NCBI GenBank assembly: GCA_963790805.1
Contig: CAWBPL010000002.1
Span: 704,696-768,695, forward strand
Source of the DNA: Candidatus Gottesmanbacteria bacterium
Lineage (GTDB): Bacteria > Patescibacteriota > Microgenomatia > UBA10105 > UBA927
Direction of reading: 5' to 3'
Length of the DNA stretch: 64,000 nt
Shown here: piece by piece, positions 49,562 to 58,840 of the stretch
How the letters are laid out: every line of letters begins with the position of its first letter
Numbering within the stretch: the stretch's first letter is position 1
Notes under the pieces: generated by a model
Databases searched by the model: none
What the model was told of the DNA's origin: nothing
Seen by the model: only the letters and a program-made list of their open reading frames with translations
Program-made: the position numbers and the translations under genes

Positions 49562-49942
49562 CTATCCGTTATCTGTTTTTCCTGAACCTTCCCACGTAAG
49601 CTCCACGTCGCTGGATGCGGCTTTTTTCCCCAATTTTGCCGCGGCATCGTACTGACCCTGTTTGATAAGTTCGCGCACGGAATCGAGCGCCTGCCCTGTG
49701 ATCGTTTTTTCATATTCGCGGACGTAGGGAAGTACGATAGTGGAAAGTTCCGACATTGTGTCATCGAGTTTCGCGATGGCTTTGTAGAGCGCTTCAAAGC
49801 TCATGCCGGGTTGAAGTATTTTGAGGACCTGTTCTGAAATCTGCTGGCTTCGCGCCTCGGTCATTTCACCGCTTTCAAGCTTTGCCTTGAGGAACTCAAC
49901 AATTTCCAGTTCAACTTGTTCTCGCAGCTCATCGGGGGTCAT
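49562..49942 (-). CDS. hypothetical helical protein
   Basis: 126-aa ORF with charged helical composition and no recognisable motif. Confidence 0.45.
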   Translation of the reverse strand: MTPDELREQVELEIVEFLKAKLESGEMTEARSQQISEQVLKILQPGMSFEALYKAIAKLDDTMSELSTIVLPYVREYEKTITGQALDSVRELIKQGQYDAAAKLGKKAASSDVELTWEGSGKTDNG

Positions 49943-49996
49943 ACTTGTAGTATACAGGATATTGTAAGTAGATCGAAAGTAATATATACATAAACT

Positions 49997-50407
49997 ATGG
50001 CACCCCGATCTTCACCACCGCCCGAAGCCGATTTATATTGGGGCGGGCTGGCGATTGCATTACTTGAAGGCGGGATTAGAAATAGCATACCGTTTGATAT
50101 AATGTCAGATCATATTTCCATGGCTCACTTGGTGAGTGTTAATTATAAAATCGGATTGGATAAAGCTTTTTTAGAGAGACCAGATTGCAAGGAGTGGGCG
50201 CCTCAACTCGTGACGGATTTTCAGAAAGAATTTAAACGTAATCATCCTAATTGGCCTATTGATGTCACCAAAATAGACCGGGCAGAGTATATACAATCTC
50301 TTTCCGAAGCGGTGCAACAAACGTTAAGCGGAGCGTTACGTGAAGATCTTCGCAAGCGAGATTTGATTCAGCGTCTTGGTGGAAGTGAAGGCGACAGAAG
50401 ATATTAA
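49997..50407 (+). CDS. hypothetical protein
   Basis: 136-aa ORF with no recognisable motif. Confidence 0.4.
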   Translation: MAPRSSPPPEADLYWGGLAIALLEGGIRNSIPFDIMSDHISMAHLVSVNYKIGLDKAFLERPDCKEWAPQLVTDFQKEFKRNHPNWPIDVTKIDRAEYIQSLSEAVQQTLSGALREDLRKRDLIQRLGGSEGDRRY

Positions 50408-50497
50408 TATAATTTCAAAGTGAAGCCCCAAACTGGCGAAAGACGTTTGGATTCCCATCTCGCTTTTTGGAGATACATTTGTTAGGATAGAACTCTC

Positions 50498-51781
50498 ATG
50501 ATTCAACCTTACAATAAAACCGTTCTTCCCAATGGTGTCCGGCTGATTCTTATCCCGATGGACGGCGTTGACAGCATAGCCACATCGGTGATGGTGGCGG
50601 TAGGGAGCCGCTACGAAACGCCCGCGATCAACGGTATTTCCCATTTTCTGGAGCACATGGTATTTAAAGGAACCAAAAAGTATCCGACGACGGATGATGT
50701 CAACGCGATCGAGCGCGCCGGCGGACTTCAAAACGCCTATACGGATATCGATATAACGAATTTTCATAACAAAGTATTAGCAGTCGACTGGGAGTTAGCG
50801 CTTGACATCAATAAAGAGCTTGCTCTGGCGCCCAAACTCGAACAAAAATATGTCGATATGGAGCGCGACGTCATTCTTGAGGAGATGAAACGGTATGAAG
50901 ACGAGCCTTCGAGTAAAGTCGGCGAAAAATTTCACCAGATGATGTATCCAAATACGAAGCTTGGAATGCGGATTATCGGAGAGGTCCAATCCCTTCGTGC
51001 TTCAGATGCTTCGACGCTTCGCACCTATCACGACGCATGGTATAAACCGCCCCAGATGGTCATTACCTTAGCAGGAAAAGTTCAACCATACGAAAAAGCG
51101 ATCCAGTCAAAAATAAAAGAATGGTTCGAAGATCTGAGCGGCAAACCCAAAAACGATTTTGACAAAATTTCGGATCCGGTTCAGAAAGAACCAAAACTGG
51201 AAGTGGTGACTAAACCTGACGCGCAGCAGGCGCATTTGACCATCGGCCTTCGAACATTTAAGCGCGGAAGCGATGACCGCTATGCATGGAATTTGTTTAA
51301 CCTTATTATGGGAGTATCGTTTACATCCCGATTGTTTAAAGAAGTCCGCGAAAAACGCGGTCTTTGTTATCATGTGCGCAGTTCATCCGATAACTGGGCG
51401 GATGTGGGGTACTGGTCGATCTATGCCGGTGTTGCGACGGATAAAGTGACAGAAGCGACGCAGGCGATCATGACCGAGCTCAAGAAAGCATTAGACGGCG
51501 GCGTGACGGACAGCGAAGTGGCGGTTGCCAAAAAGCGGCTCAAAACCATGCTGGCATTTAATAAGGAAAATCCTGAATTTATGGGGGAGTATTACGGACG
51601 GCAGGAGCTTTTCCGCGAGCCGATTGTGACATTTGATGAATATATCAAAAAGCTGGATGTCATAACAAAAGATGACATTAACGTCCTCATTAAAAAATAT
51701 TTCCGCACCAATACGCTCAACATGGCGCTTGTGTGGAGTAAGCCCAAAGACGAAAAGTTAGCGAACCTTCTTGCACTATAA
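50498..51781 (+). CDS. M16 family (pitrilysin-like) zinc peptidase
   Basis: The inverted zinc motif HFLEHMVFKGT (HxxEH) is present. Length (427 aa) and the two-lobe pattern are typical of M16B. Confidence 0.85.
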   Translation: MIQPYNKTVLPNGVRLILIPMDGVDSIATSVMVAVGSRYETPAINGISHFLEHMVFKGTKKYPTTDDVNAIERAGGLQNAYTDIDITNFHNKVLAVDWELALDINKELALAPKLEQKYVDMERDVILEEMKRYEDEPSSKVGEKFHQMMYPNTKLGMRIIGEVQSLRASDASTLRTYHDAWYKPPQMVITLAGKVQPYEKAIQSKIKEWFEDLSGKPKNDFDKISDPVQKEPKLEVVTKPDAQQAHLTIGLRTFKRGSDDRYAWNLFNLIMGVSFTSRLFKEVREKRGLCYHVRSSSDNWADVGYWSIYAGVATDKVTEATQAIMTELKKALDGGVTDSEVAVAKKRLKTMLAFNKENPEFMGEYYGRQELFREPIVTFDEYIKKLDVITKDDINVLIKKYFRTNTLNMALVWSKPKDEKLANLLAL

Positions 51782-52223
51782 GAACGTTACTTATTAGGTT
51801 CTGTGATTTTCGGCTGTACATATTTTCTATGCGTCAGCTTATCGAACATTTTTTCGCCGTCTACGCCTCCCCATTGACGAACCATAAACGGCATCCATGC
51901 ATGAGGCAGGATATAGGTGCACAAAAAACAATAGTTCAGCTTCATCTTGAATAAGCCATTTCGGTTGGACGGAGATATCTCCCTGACCGCTCAGGGCGCC
52001 CAAGGGAGTCCATGATGCGTCGACGAGGCTTTGAATCGCCTGACGATCGGTGACTGCTTCTTTACCCATATGAGGTAAACCATAGTATACCGGCATCAGT
52101 CTGTACCGTCAAATGAAAAAGCAAATAATTTATAGGTCCATTTTTATCCTGTAGCAAACTTTGCATTTTTCCCGCATGATACATCATCGTGCTGCATTGA
52201 CGGGATAAATTGATTTTGATACA

Positions 52224-52718
52224 GTGCTGGTGTCAAGAGGAAAACATATGCCTCCACCCAGCGAGTTGAACGTCATACGATTGATTAAAAACGAAGGGAC
52301 AAAGCCTCGTAGATCCATTGAAGTCGCAAGCGATTCTAAATGGATGAAAGATGTTGTTGTGAATGCGCGTGATGTTTTGCCCAATGACATAGTAGAGCAG
52401 ATTAAGGCACCAGCGTGGTTTTTGCTCGCAGAGGGTGGAACGAAATATTCTCAGCATGGTTCTCAATCGGATTTTGAATACAAAGTGCGCGTGGTGGTTG
52501 TGTGTCAGAATATAGCGATGGAGCACATTGGTGTCTGCGGCGAAGTGTCGCTTCACGATCTCAGAAAATCTCCTGACGAGTTATTCCGTAAGCTGGATGA
52601 TCTTCTCACTCAGGGCGAGTATCAGGAATCGCTCGATTTTGCCTATATGCTGTTTACCGGCAACTGGCGCTTTGCCCGCGACGGCTTGTCTAGCCCTGTC
52701 GCGCCGCAGGAAGCGTAA
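52224..52718 (+). CDS. hypothetical protein
   Basis: 164-aa ORF with no recognisable motif. Confidence 0.4.
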   Translation: MLVSRGKHMPPPSELNVIRLIKNEGTKPRRSIEVASDSKWMKDVVVNARDVLPNDIVEQIKAPAWFLLAEGGTKYSQHGSQSDFEYKVRVVVVCQNIAMEHIGVCGEVSLHDLRKSPDELFRKLDDLLTQGEYQESLDFAYMLFTGNWRFARDGLSSPVAPQEA

Positions 52719-52719
52719 T

Positions 52720-54477
52720 TTATGTATTTTTAATTCGTGCGACGCCCTTTTTCCTTACGATACCGTGCTTTCGTTCGTATTTTCCCGCGGCATTCATTAA
52801 TGTCCATCGAATTGTTTGACTATCTTTTAACATACTCTTTGGCTCTAAACCTAAACGCTCTTCCACGTCGGCAATGCGTACATTGAACGGAGCATCCCCG
52901 TAATATCCGTCTAAGTTAAACATCATGCGCATCCTCGTAGCGAGCTCAGTCCCAAGGTTTGAATAGATTTTCTCTTGTTCTTGGGCGGAGAACTTCAGGA
53001 AGGTTATAACATAATTGGCGAGGAGCGACTCATAATATACTGTAGTTCCATCTTTTTTCGTAATTCTGCTTGCTATCCATCTTTCGAGATTGTTTATGGC
53101 AAGGCTATGCTCCTCCATCTGAACGGCATGTTTTGATCGTTCAATGTGTGCAGCTAGTTCAGGGTTAATTTCTGTTATTTTATGGTTTATCAATCGATCC
53201 AAATGATATCGCAATATGAGATTTTCACGAGGCATCGGTGAAAGGCAATAGAGTAAAAGGATTTGATCGTTGAAGGGGAGCTTCATAAGTTTTTCCAATG
53301 TTGGTGGAAGCCCCCAGAGTTCCGGATGATCCGGCGACTTCTGTAATTCTCTTTGAATGTAGACAAGTATATTCGCGCTGAATGATCGAAATTGACCCAA
53401 ATCGAATGTCGTAAGGAGGTATGCATCTTCTATCGGTCGGGTGTAGGGGATGCTGTCGGTACCGAAATTCAGATTGTAGCGGGCTATGATAATCTCGCGT
53501 TGTTCCGGCATCATGGCATCCAGAATTGCTTGTTGCCGCTCGATGGGAAGCGCAACAAAAGCAGTGATTTCTTCAGGAGGTAAGCTCGTATAAATGATTT
53601 TTTTCCCTTTGATTTCAGTTGCGCTTTGCCATGTTTTCTCGAGAAACGCGTATATATCGGCTAAATGCGCTTGCACCTTTGCGACAGACATCTTGAGTGT
53701 CTTGGCAACGACGGACAAATCCTTCATGGCTATCGTTTCTCCACGAAATATAATTGCCTCACTGGCCACCCGTTTTTCTAACGTGGGAAGCGATTGGATA
53801 AAGATATTCTGGAGTGTCGGAATGAACTTGCCGAGTTTTTCTATGGTCGGTGGGATTTCCGGCGGGTCCGCTTCGACTACTTTCTTTTTACCTTTTTTAG
53901 TTTTTGGTCGTGTTTCATCAGAGACGGCGTCAGGTGAGCCGGCTGAAATTGCAGAATCGGCTGAATGGCCTCGCAATTCATGCGGCGAGGAGTGCGTAAG
54001 TTTTGCCGCAATTTTATAAAGATGTTTGCGAAGACTCTCTATTTTTATTGATGTCGCGGCTTCAAGTTCTTTAAGTCCAACGGCATAACCAGTCGTTATT
54101 CCTGTTCGAAGTTCTAGAAGTTGTATTTCGGCAGGACTTATGCGGCAGGAGGAATACATGAGCAGTCGTTCTGACTCAATCATTGAAGCAATTGGCTGAT
54201 TGTGATATGAAAACTCTTTGGGCTTCCGGCCGCTAAGCGCTTTTGGCTTCAGTTTATTCATATCAATAGCGAGTGTATCAGGAAGCGGTTTTCTGACAGT
54301 ACTCTTTCGGATCGTTTTCGATTTCGCGTGCTCTTCCCGTTTAGCGGGGTGCGGTAGTTCTTTTGAGGCAACAAAGAGATACAAACCTGCTTCTTGCGTT
54401 CGTCGAATGATAGTACTCAGGGAATGTACTTTTTCACCGCCGTCTGTTACCACTACAAGATTGCCGTCTTTTTTCAA
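52720..54477 (-). CDS. multi-HTH protein: IF3-N-like N-terminus followed by several sigma-70 region-4-like helix-turn-helix units
   Basis: 585 aa. The N-terminus KDGNLVVVTDGGEKVHSLSTIIRRTQEAGLYLFVASKE resembles the IF3 N-domain pattern. It is followed by repeated units such as ISPAEIQLLELRTGITTGYAVGLKELEAATSIKIESLRKHLYKIAAKL, MPEQREIIIARYNL, PRENLILRYHL and MRMMFNLDG...VEERLGLEPKSMLKDSQTIRWTL. Confidence 0.55.
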   Translation of the reverse strand: MKKDGNLVVVTDGGEKVHSLSTIIRRTQEAGLYLFVASKELPHPAKREEHAKSKTIRKSTVRKPLPDTLAIDMNKLKPKALSGRKPKEFSYHNQPIASMIESERLLMYSSCRISPAEIQLLELRTGITTGYAVGLKELEAATSIKIESLRKHLYKIAAKLTHSSPHELRGHSADSAISAGSPDAVSDETRPKTKKGKKKVVEADPPEIPPTIEKLGKFIPTLQNIFIQSLPTLEKRVASEAIIFRGETIAMKDLSVVAKTLKMSVAKVQAHLADIYAFLEKTWQSATEIKGKKIIYTSLPPEEITAFVALPIERQQAILDAMMPEQREIIIARYNLNFGTDSIPYTRPIEDAYLLTTFDLGQFRSFSANILVYIQRELQKSPDHPELWGLPPTLEKLMKLPFNDQILLLYCLSPMPRENLILRYHLDRLINHKITEINPELAAHIERSKHAVQMEEHSLAINNLERWIASRITKKDGTTVYYESLLANYVITFLKFSAQEQEKIYSNLGTELATRMRMMFNLDGYYGDAPFNVRIADVEERLGLEPKSMLKDSQTIRWTLMNAAGKYERKHGIVRKKGVARIKNT

Positions 54478-54485
54478 ATTAAGCG

Positions 54486-54734
54486 TTAGATCAACATGGA
54501 TTTTTTGATTGCTATTACCTGCACACTATCATCAGCTGACGGCTCCCCGACATATGGCTTCCCGATGATAACGCTGACGCTGTTGCCTTTCTGAATTTTA
54601 GGGAGAACCAGTAAACCGACCCATTCCATATGGTCAGGGTCAGAAGCTTCGCCGGGCATAACAGCTTTAAGAAGATGTATAGAAGACTGGTCGAGGCCAT
54701 GTTCTGCCTGCCTCTTGGCTGTTTCTTGACCCAT
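54486..54734 (-). CDS. hypothetical small protein
   Basis: 82-aa ORF ending 9 nt before the start of the 585-aa gene on the same strand. Confidence 0.35.
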   Translation of the reverse strand: MGQETAKRQAEHGLDQSSIHLLKAVMPGEASDPDHMEWVGLLVLPKIQKGNSVSVIIGKPYVGEPSADDSVQVIAIKKSMLI

Positions 54735-54848
54735 AGGTTCACGATTATAGGATAAGATAGGTATTTAATCAACCATGAAACGAAGTTGGATCTTGAGTTT
54801 TTTCTCTTCCTCATGCATACTAAACACGACAAAATTGAAAGGGGAGAT

Positions 54849-55265
54849 ATGCGCGAACAAACGGTTGTACTCATTAAACCTGACGGCGTCGAAAAGCACA
54901 TTATCGGCAAAATCATTGACCGATTCGAATCCAAAGGACTGGTCGTCAAGGCACTCAAAATGGTTCAACTTACCCAGCCCATCCTAGACGTCTGGTATGC
55001 TCACCACAAAGATAAACCGTTTTTTGCCGATTTATCCAAGTTTATGATGTCAACTCCCGTTGTCGCGATGGTTCTTGAGGGTGAAGGGGCAATCCAAAAA
55101 GCATTTGCCATCTGCGGTCCGACCAATCCCAAAGACGCCGCTATCGGTACCATCCGGCGGGATTTTGCAGAAAGTAAGCAGAAAAACGTCGTCCACCGCT
55201 CCGACAGCGCTGAAGCCGCGAAAAAGGAAATCGGGCTTTTGTTTACAAAAGAAGAGATCTCTTAA
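54849..55265 (+). CDS. ndk: nucleoside diphosphate kinase
   Basis: EQTVVLIKPDGV, a catalytic His context NVVHRSDS (usually NxxHGSD) and the NDK fold pattern throughout. I prefer ATG 54849, which is preceded by GAAAGGGGAG, to the TTG 54786 used in the track. Confidence 0.9.
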   Translation: MREQTVVLIKPDGVEKHIIGKIIDRFESKGLVVKALKMVQLTQPILDVWYAHHKDKPFFADLSKFMMSTPVVAMVLEGEGAIQKAFAICGPTNPKDAAIGTIRRDFAESKQKNVVHRSDSAEAAKKEIGLLFTKEEIS

Positions 55266-55829
55266 CCACTTATTGACGGCACTTCGCTTACAGTTGAAAC
55301 TTGCGATAAAGAATCATTTACCGGGGCAAGCGTCCGTATTTCATCTTCCACAGAAAGCTCTACAAGTTCACCTGCTTTTAAGGTTTTGCTTACTGCGACG
55401 TTAAATGTCGAGTTAAATATGCGGCCCAGCATTGCTTTATGCATGATATCACCGCTATCTGTAGTATGAATTTTTGTAAATATCGAGAGCGATGGCGCAA
55501 CGTCCTCACGAATTAACGACCACTTGATAATTGCGGTAGGAGGATTTTCATTCAGGGCGCCGGATCTCCGAGGGGTGAAACGTGTATATTTTGGTTTTGT
55601 ATCGTCACGATATGATAATCTCGATCAGATTCCGGCGGCGCGGCATCAAGGATTCTGCAATATAATTCAAGCAAAGAGGCAGCAAACGCTGCTTCCTCAT
55701 CAGCATCGGCAATTTCTTGCCGAAACAAGAGTTTATGTGGTGAATGTTCACTCGAAAATGATCCAACGGCTGCCATAGAGTATAGTGGGGATTATATCGA
55801 TTGGACGACTTACTTGCAACGGGGTTTGA

Positions 55830-56501
55830 TTAGATGATAATTTTCAGCTGTCGAAGGATGGGAAGGAGAATCTCAAACGGCAGTCCAATCACGTTCGTAT
55901 AGCTTCCATCGATTTTGGTAACCAGATCCCACGGTGCTTCGTTCACGGCATATGCTGCGGCAAATCGGGTAAAGTCAAAGCGTGCGATGTAGCTTTCGAT
56001 TTCAACGGTATTCATTTTGCGGAATGTCACTTTAGTGGTGACTGTTTTTTCCCACGTTTTTTTCACTTTGCCGTTTTGAACGAGCACGATGTTGACGGCG
56101 GTGACAAAGTTATGAGTTTTGCCCATGAGGGATTTGAGGATTTCGCGCGTATGTTCACGGTCATCGGATTTGCCGAATGCTTTGGAGCCTAAAACAGCCA
56201 TGGAATCGGCGGCGACGATAAGCGACTCACGGTCTTCGGGGAAGCTATACACTCTCGGATGCGTTACCACTTCCTGCGCCTTGGCTGCCGCACGCTTTTT
56301 AACCATAATTTCCGGTTTTTTATCAACGATGGATTCCTCATCAACCCGCGCGACAACCACGCGGAAGCGGATTCCAAGCTTTTCCAGAAGCATTCTACGG
56401 CCGATAGACTGAGACGCAAGGATGACGTCGGGTTTGGGAGGTTCTTCAGGAAGGCTGTTTTTGGAAGCGAATGATAGCTTCATAATCGGGTATTTTACCA
56501 C
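55830..56501 (-). CDS. maf: Maf-like nucleoside triphosphate pyrophosphatase
   Basis: ILASQSIGRRMLLEKLGIRFRVV at the N-terminus and YAVNEAPWDLVTKIDGSYTNVIGLP near the C-terminus are Maf family hallmarks. Confidence 0.85.
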   Translation of the reverse strand: MVKYPIMKLSFASKNSLPEEPPKPDVILASQSIGRRMLLEKLGIRFRVVVARVDEESIVDKKPEIMVKKRAAAKAQEVVTHPRVYSFPEDRESLIVAADSMAVLGSKAFGKSDDREHTREILKSLMGKTHNFVTAVNIVLVQNGKVKKTWEKTVTTKVTFRKMNTVEIESYIARFDFTRFAAAYAVNEAPWDLVTKIDGSYTNVIGLPFEILLPILRQLKIII

Positions 56502-56552
56502 GTTTTGGGGAAAATTACTATCGGAAGATAGTGCGTATTATTTTGTCTTTAG

Positions 56553-56625
56553 TCGGGACGGGCAGATTTGAACTGCCGACCTCTCGGTCCCGAACCGAGC
56601 GTTCTACCAACTGAACTACGTCCCG
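56553..56625 (-). tRNA. tRNA-Pro (anticodon CGG)
   Basis: Hand-folded on the minus strand. Acceptor: CGGGACG/CGTCCCG. D arm: GTTC-AGTTGGTA-GAAC. Anticodon arm: CTCGG-TTCGGGA-CCGAG. T arm: GGCAG-TTCAAAT-CTGCC. The discriminator is A and no CCA is encoded. Confidence 0.85.
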
Positions 56626-56667
56626 CGTATTGGTATTCTAACACAAAAACCGATACAATAATCGCGC

Positions 56668-56739
56668 GCCCCTATAGCTCAACGGATAGAGCAGACCCGT
56701 CCTAAGGGTAAGATGAGGGTTCAATTCCTTCTAGGGGTA
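56668..56739 (+). tRNA. tRNA-Arg (anticodon CCT)
   Basis: Hand-folded. Acceptor: GCCCCTA/TAGGGGT (G1-U72 wobble). D arm: GCTC-AACGGATA-GAGC. Anticodon arm: GACCC-GTCCTAA-GGGTA. T arm: GAGGG-TTCAATT-CCTTC. No CCA is encoded. Confidence 0.8.
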
Positions 56740-56752
56740 CAAAGAGGTGGGT

Positions 56753-57397
56753 TTACCGTCCAAAAAGTTTCCCAAACGCTCTCAGTGCTCGCGCCCAAGG
56801 ACTCATAGCTCCCTGAGGTTCAATAATAGGAGACGGTATTGAGGCGGTGGTAATTTTTGTGGCAGCTTTAATTGTTGTAAGACGGGCATTAAAAGTTTCT
56901 AGGATTTGACCTTTGTTTTTTTGAAGGTTGGCGGTGACTTCTTGAAGTTTTTCTGGTGGTATGGTTGCACCAGAACCTATCTGTGGTCCTCTTGGGTCTG
57001 TTCTGGGAGTACCCCCAACGACCTTTCCGTTTCCATCAATTATTGTTCCATCTGACACGAACCAGCTTTGTTGTTCGCGCGGAATTGTAGGGCTGGTTGA
57101 TGGTGGTTCGCGAAAAGCCCCCTCTGGCTGGGATTGACCCTGATTGAGTTGGTTCATTGACCTATCTAACGTGACTGCGGGATGTTCAACAACGTGCTGC
57201 ATCTCGTTTTCCGATAGTCGGAGATTTTGTGCAGGCCCAACGCCTGCGGCTGAGAATTGATCAGCCAATGCTTGAGTCGGATTTCGCACTATAGCGCTTG
57301 TTTCATTTGGAGTAAGTTTTAGGCTATCGAATGATTTCGGTTCTGTTGCTCCTGTTCCTGTGCTTGCCTCGGGTGATGTTTGTTGTCCGTCAGTCAT
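56753..57397 (-). CDS. hypothetical protein (Gln/Pro/Thr-rich)
   Basis: 214-aa ORF with no recognisable motif. Confidence 0.45.
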   Translation of the reverse strand: MTDGQQTSPEASTGTGATEPKSFDSLKLTPNETSAIVRNPTQALADQFSAAGVGPAQNLRLSENEMQHVVEHPAVTLDRSMNQLNQGQSQPEGAFREPPSTSPTIPREQQSWFVSDGTIIDGNGKVVGGTPRTDPRGPQIGSGATIPPEKLQEVTANLQKNKGQILETFNARLTTIKAATKITTASIPSPIIEPQGAMSPWARALRAFGKLFGR

Positions 57398-57451
57398 AGT
57401 ATTCTACTTCACTATAGTATTATGTAATCTTGTCGTCAATGAGTTTTTCGG

Positions 57452-58741
57452 TTAGCGTAAATTGACGGTATAAAGGTTGGGGAGCGTTGAAGCGCCTGGG
57501 TTTAAGTTGGTCATGATAATAATCCGGCTGCCGTTACTCCACGGCGCCACAAAGCCGTCTTCAAATGGTCCGGAATAGATTGTGACCCAATTGGTGCGGT
57601 CGTATTCCATGACGTCGATTTTCCCCGGAATCATAAGAAGAATATGATTACTTGTGGGAAACCAGTGAATTTTTTCTGCCAATGTGTTTGCTGGTGTCGG
57701 GGTGGGGGTGGGGGTTCCGGCTAACCGTCTTACTCTCGTTGCGGGTGTCGGGGTTGGTGTTGGCGTGGGTAGTTCATTTTGATCGAGTAACAGATAGTTT
57801 TTATCTTCTTTGCTATCGTAAACATATATTTTACCTGGTTTGATATTGCGGTCTTCTGCTGTTGAATCGGTACCGATAAGTGGAGGTGTTATGACTTGTG
57901 GAATCGTTGCTGAAGCGGTCGCCTCGTAGAGAATTTTTGTTTCGTCGGGAGAAAGCGAAATAATTTTAGCACTTGAGGTAGCCATATCGATAATCGGTTG
58001 TTTAAATGCCTGCAGCTGTTGCATGAGCTTGGTATTACTTTCATCGCTCCAGTCAGACAACAGCGAAGTATAGGTTGTCGTTACGTCCGTAAATGTTCCC
58101 GGCCTGTTGATCTGGTAAAGTCGGTATATGATACTGTTATCCGCGAGAATTTCGGTTGAATCCGGCGACCATGTGATATTCGCCGTTGTAATGTCAAATG
58201 TGGGGTCAATGCCCGTAAGTTGAATTGGATCCCTGTTTCTCCCAAGCGGCCCTTCAGCGAGCTCATAGACCCACAGGCCTGCCTTTTTGGCGACGCTGTC
58301 CTCAAGCTGCGTCGGCGGGATGATATATGCAATTCTGCTGCCATCCGGTGAAAGAACCGGTCGGGAGATCCCTAAATTGGTGAGCGGCGACAAGCTCGGG
58401 TTTGTGGGGAATAAAAACGCATCGGCGCGGGTTACTACTTCGCCTTGTACGCGGACTTTTTTTTGCCACGAAATATATCCCTCTTTGGATATAGTAATCG
58501 TGTACCATCCCGGATCGATGTTAAAAGAATTATTGGTTGCTGTTTTTAATGTTCCGTTTACAAACACCTGGGCACCGATCGGATCGCTAGTTGCGGAAAC
58601 AATACCTGTCGGTTTAATGGAACTTTTTTGGATATCCAGCCGGTACCCCCGTCCGTAGGCGATGACGAGCATTGAAATGCCTAGAATAGAACATATAGTA
58701 ACAAACGATATCAATATTGAGCGAAATTTGCGGTTGAACAT
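57452..58741 (-). CDS. membrane-anchored PEGA-domain protein with TolB-like beta-propeller repeats
   Basis: It has an N-terminal TM helix and a PEGA-like segment SDPIGAQVFVNGTLKTATNNSFNIDPGWYTITISKEGYISWQKKV. SPDGSRIAYI, SPDSTEIL and SPDETKILY repeats follow, then a PTPTPTPTP linker. Confidence 0.7.
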   Translation of the reverse strand: MFNRKFRSILISFVTICSILGISMLVIAYGRGYRLDIQKSSIKPTGIVSATSDPIGAQVFVNGTLKTATNNSFNIDPGWYTITISKEGYISWQKKVRVQGEVVTRADAFLFPTNPSLSPLTNLGISRPVLSPDGSRIAYIIPPTQLEDSVAKKAGLWVYELAEGPLGRNRDPIQLTGIDPTFDITTANITWSPDSTEILADNSIIYRLYQINRPGTFTDVTTTYTSLLSDWSDESNTKLMQQLQAFKQPIIDMATSSAKIISLSPDETKILYEATASATIPQVITPPLIGTDSTAEDRNIKPGKIYVYDSKEDKNYLLLDQNELPTPTPTPTPATRVRRLAGTPTPTPTPANTLAEKIHWFPTSNHILLMIPGKIDVMEYDRTNWVTIYSGPFEDGFVAPWSNGSRIIIMTNLNPGASTLPNLYTVNLR

Positions 58742-58840
58742 AACTGGGTAGCGTGGGATATTATACTGCCAAGTGTGTTAAAATACCAATGCGATTTGTT
58801 ATTCGTTATTGGTTCACAGTTCATTGAAAAAACCATCACC

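Noticed and set aside
55262-55778. Small ORFs between ndk and maf (minus 55552-55776 and 55262-55444; plus 55524-55778), considered as a toxin-antitoxin pair or a frameshifted gene
   Set aside because: I saw no recognisable motif beyond a vague AbrB-like GELVELSVEDEIRTLAP, the frames overlap and conflict, and coding status cannot be decided from sequence alone.
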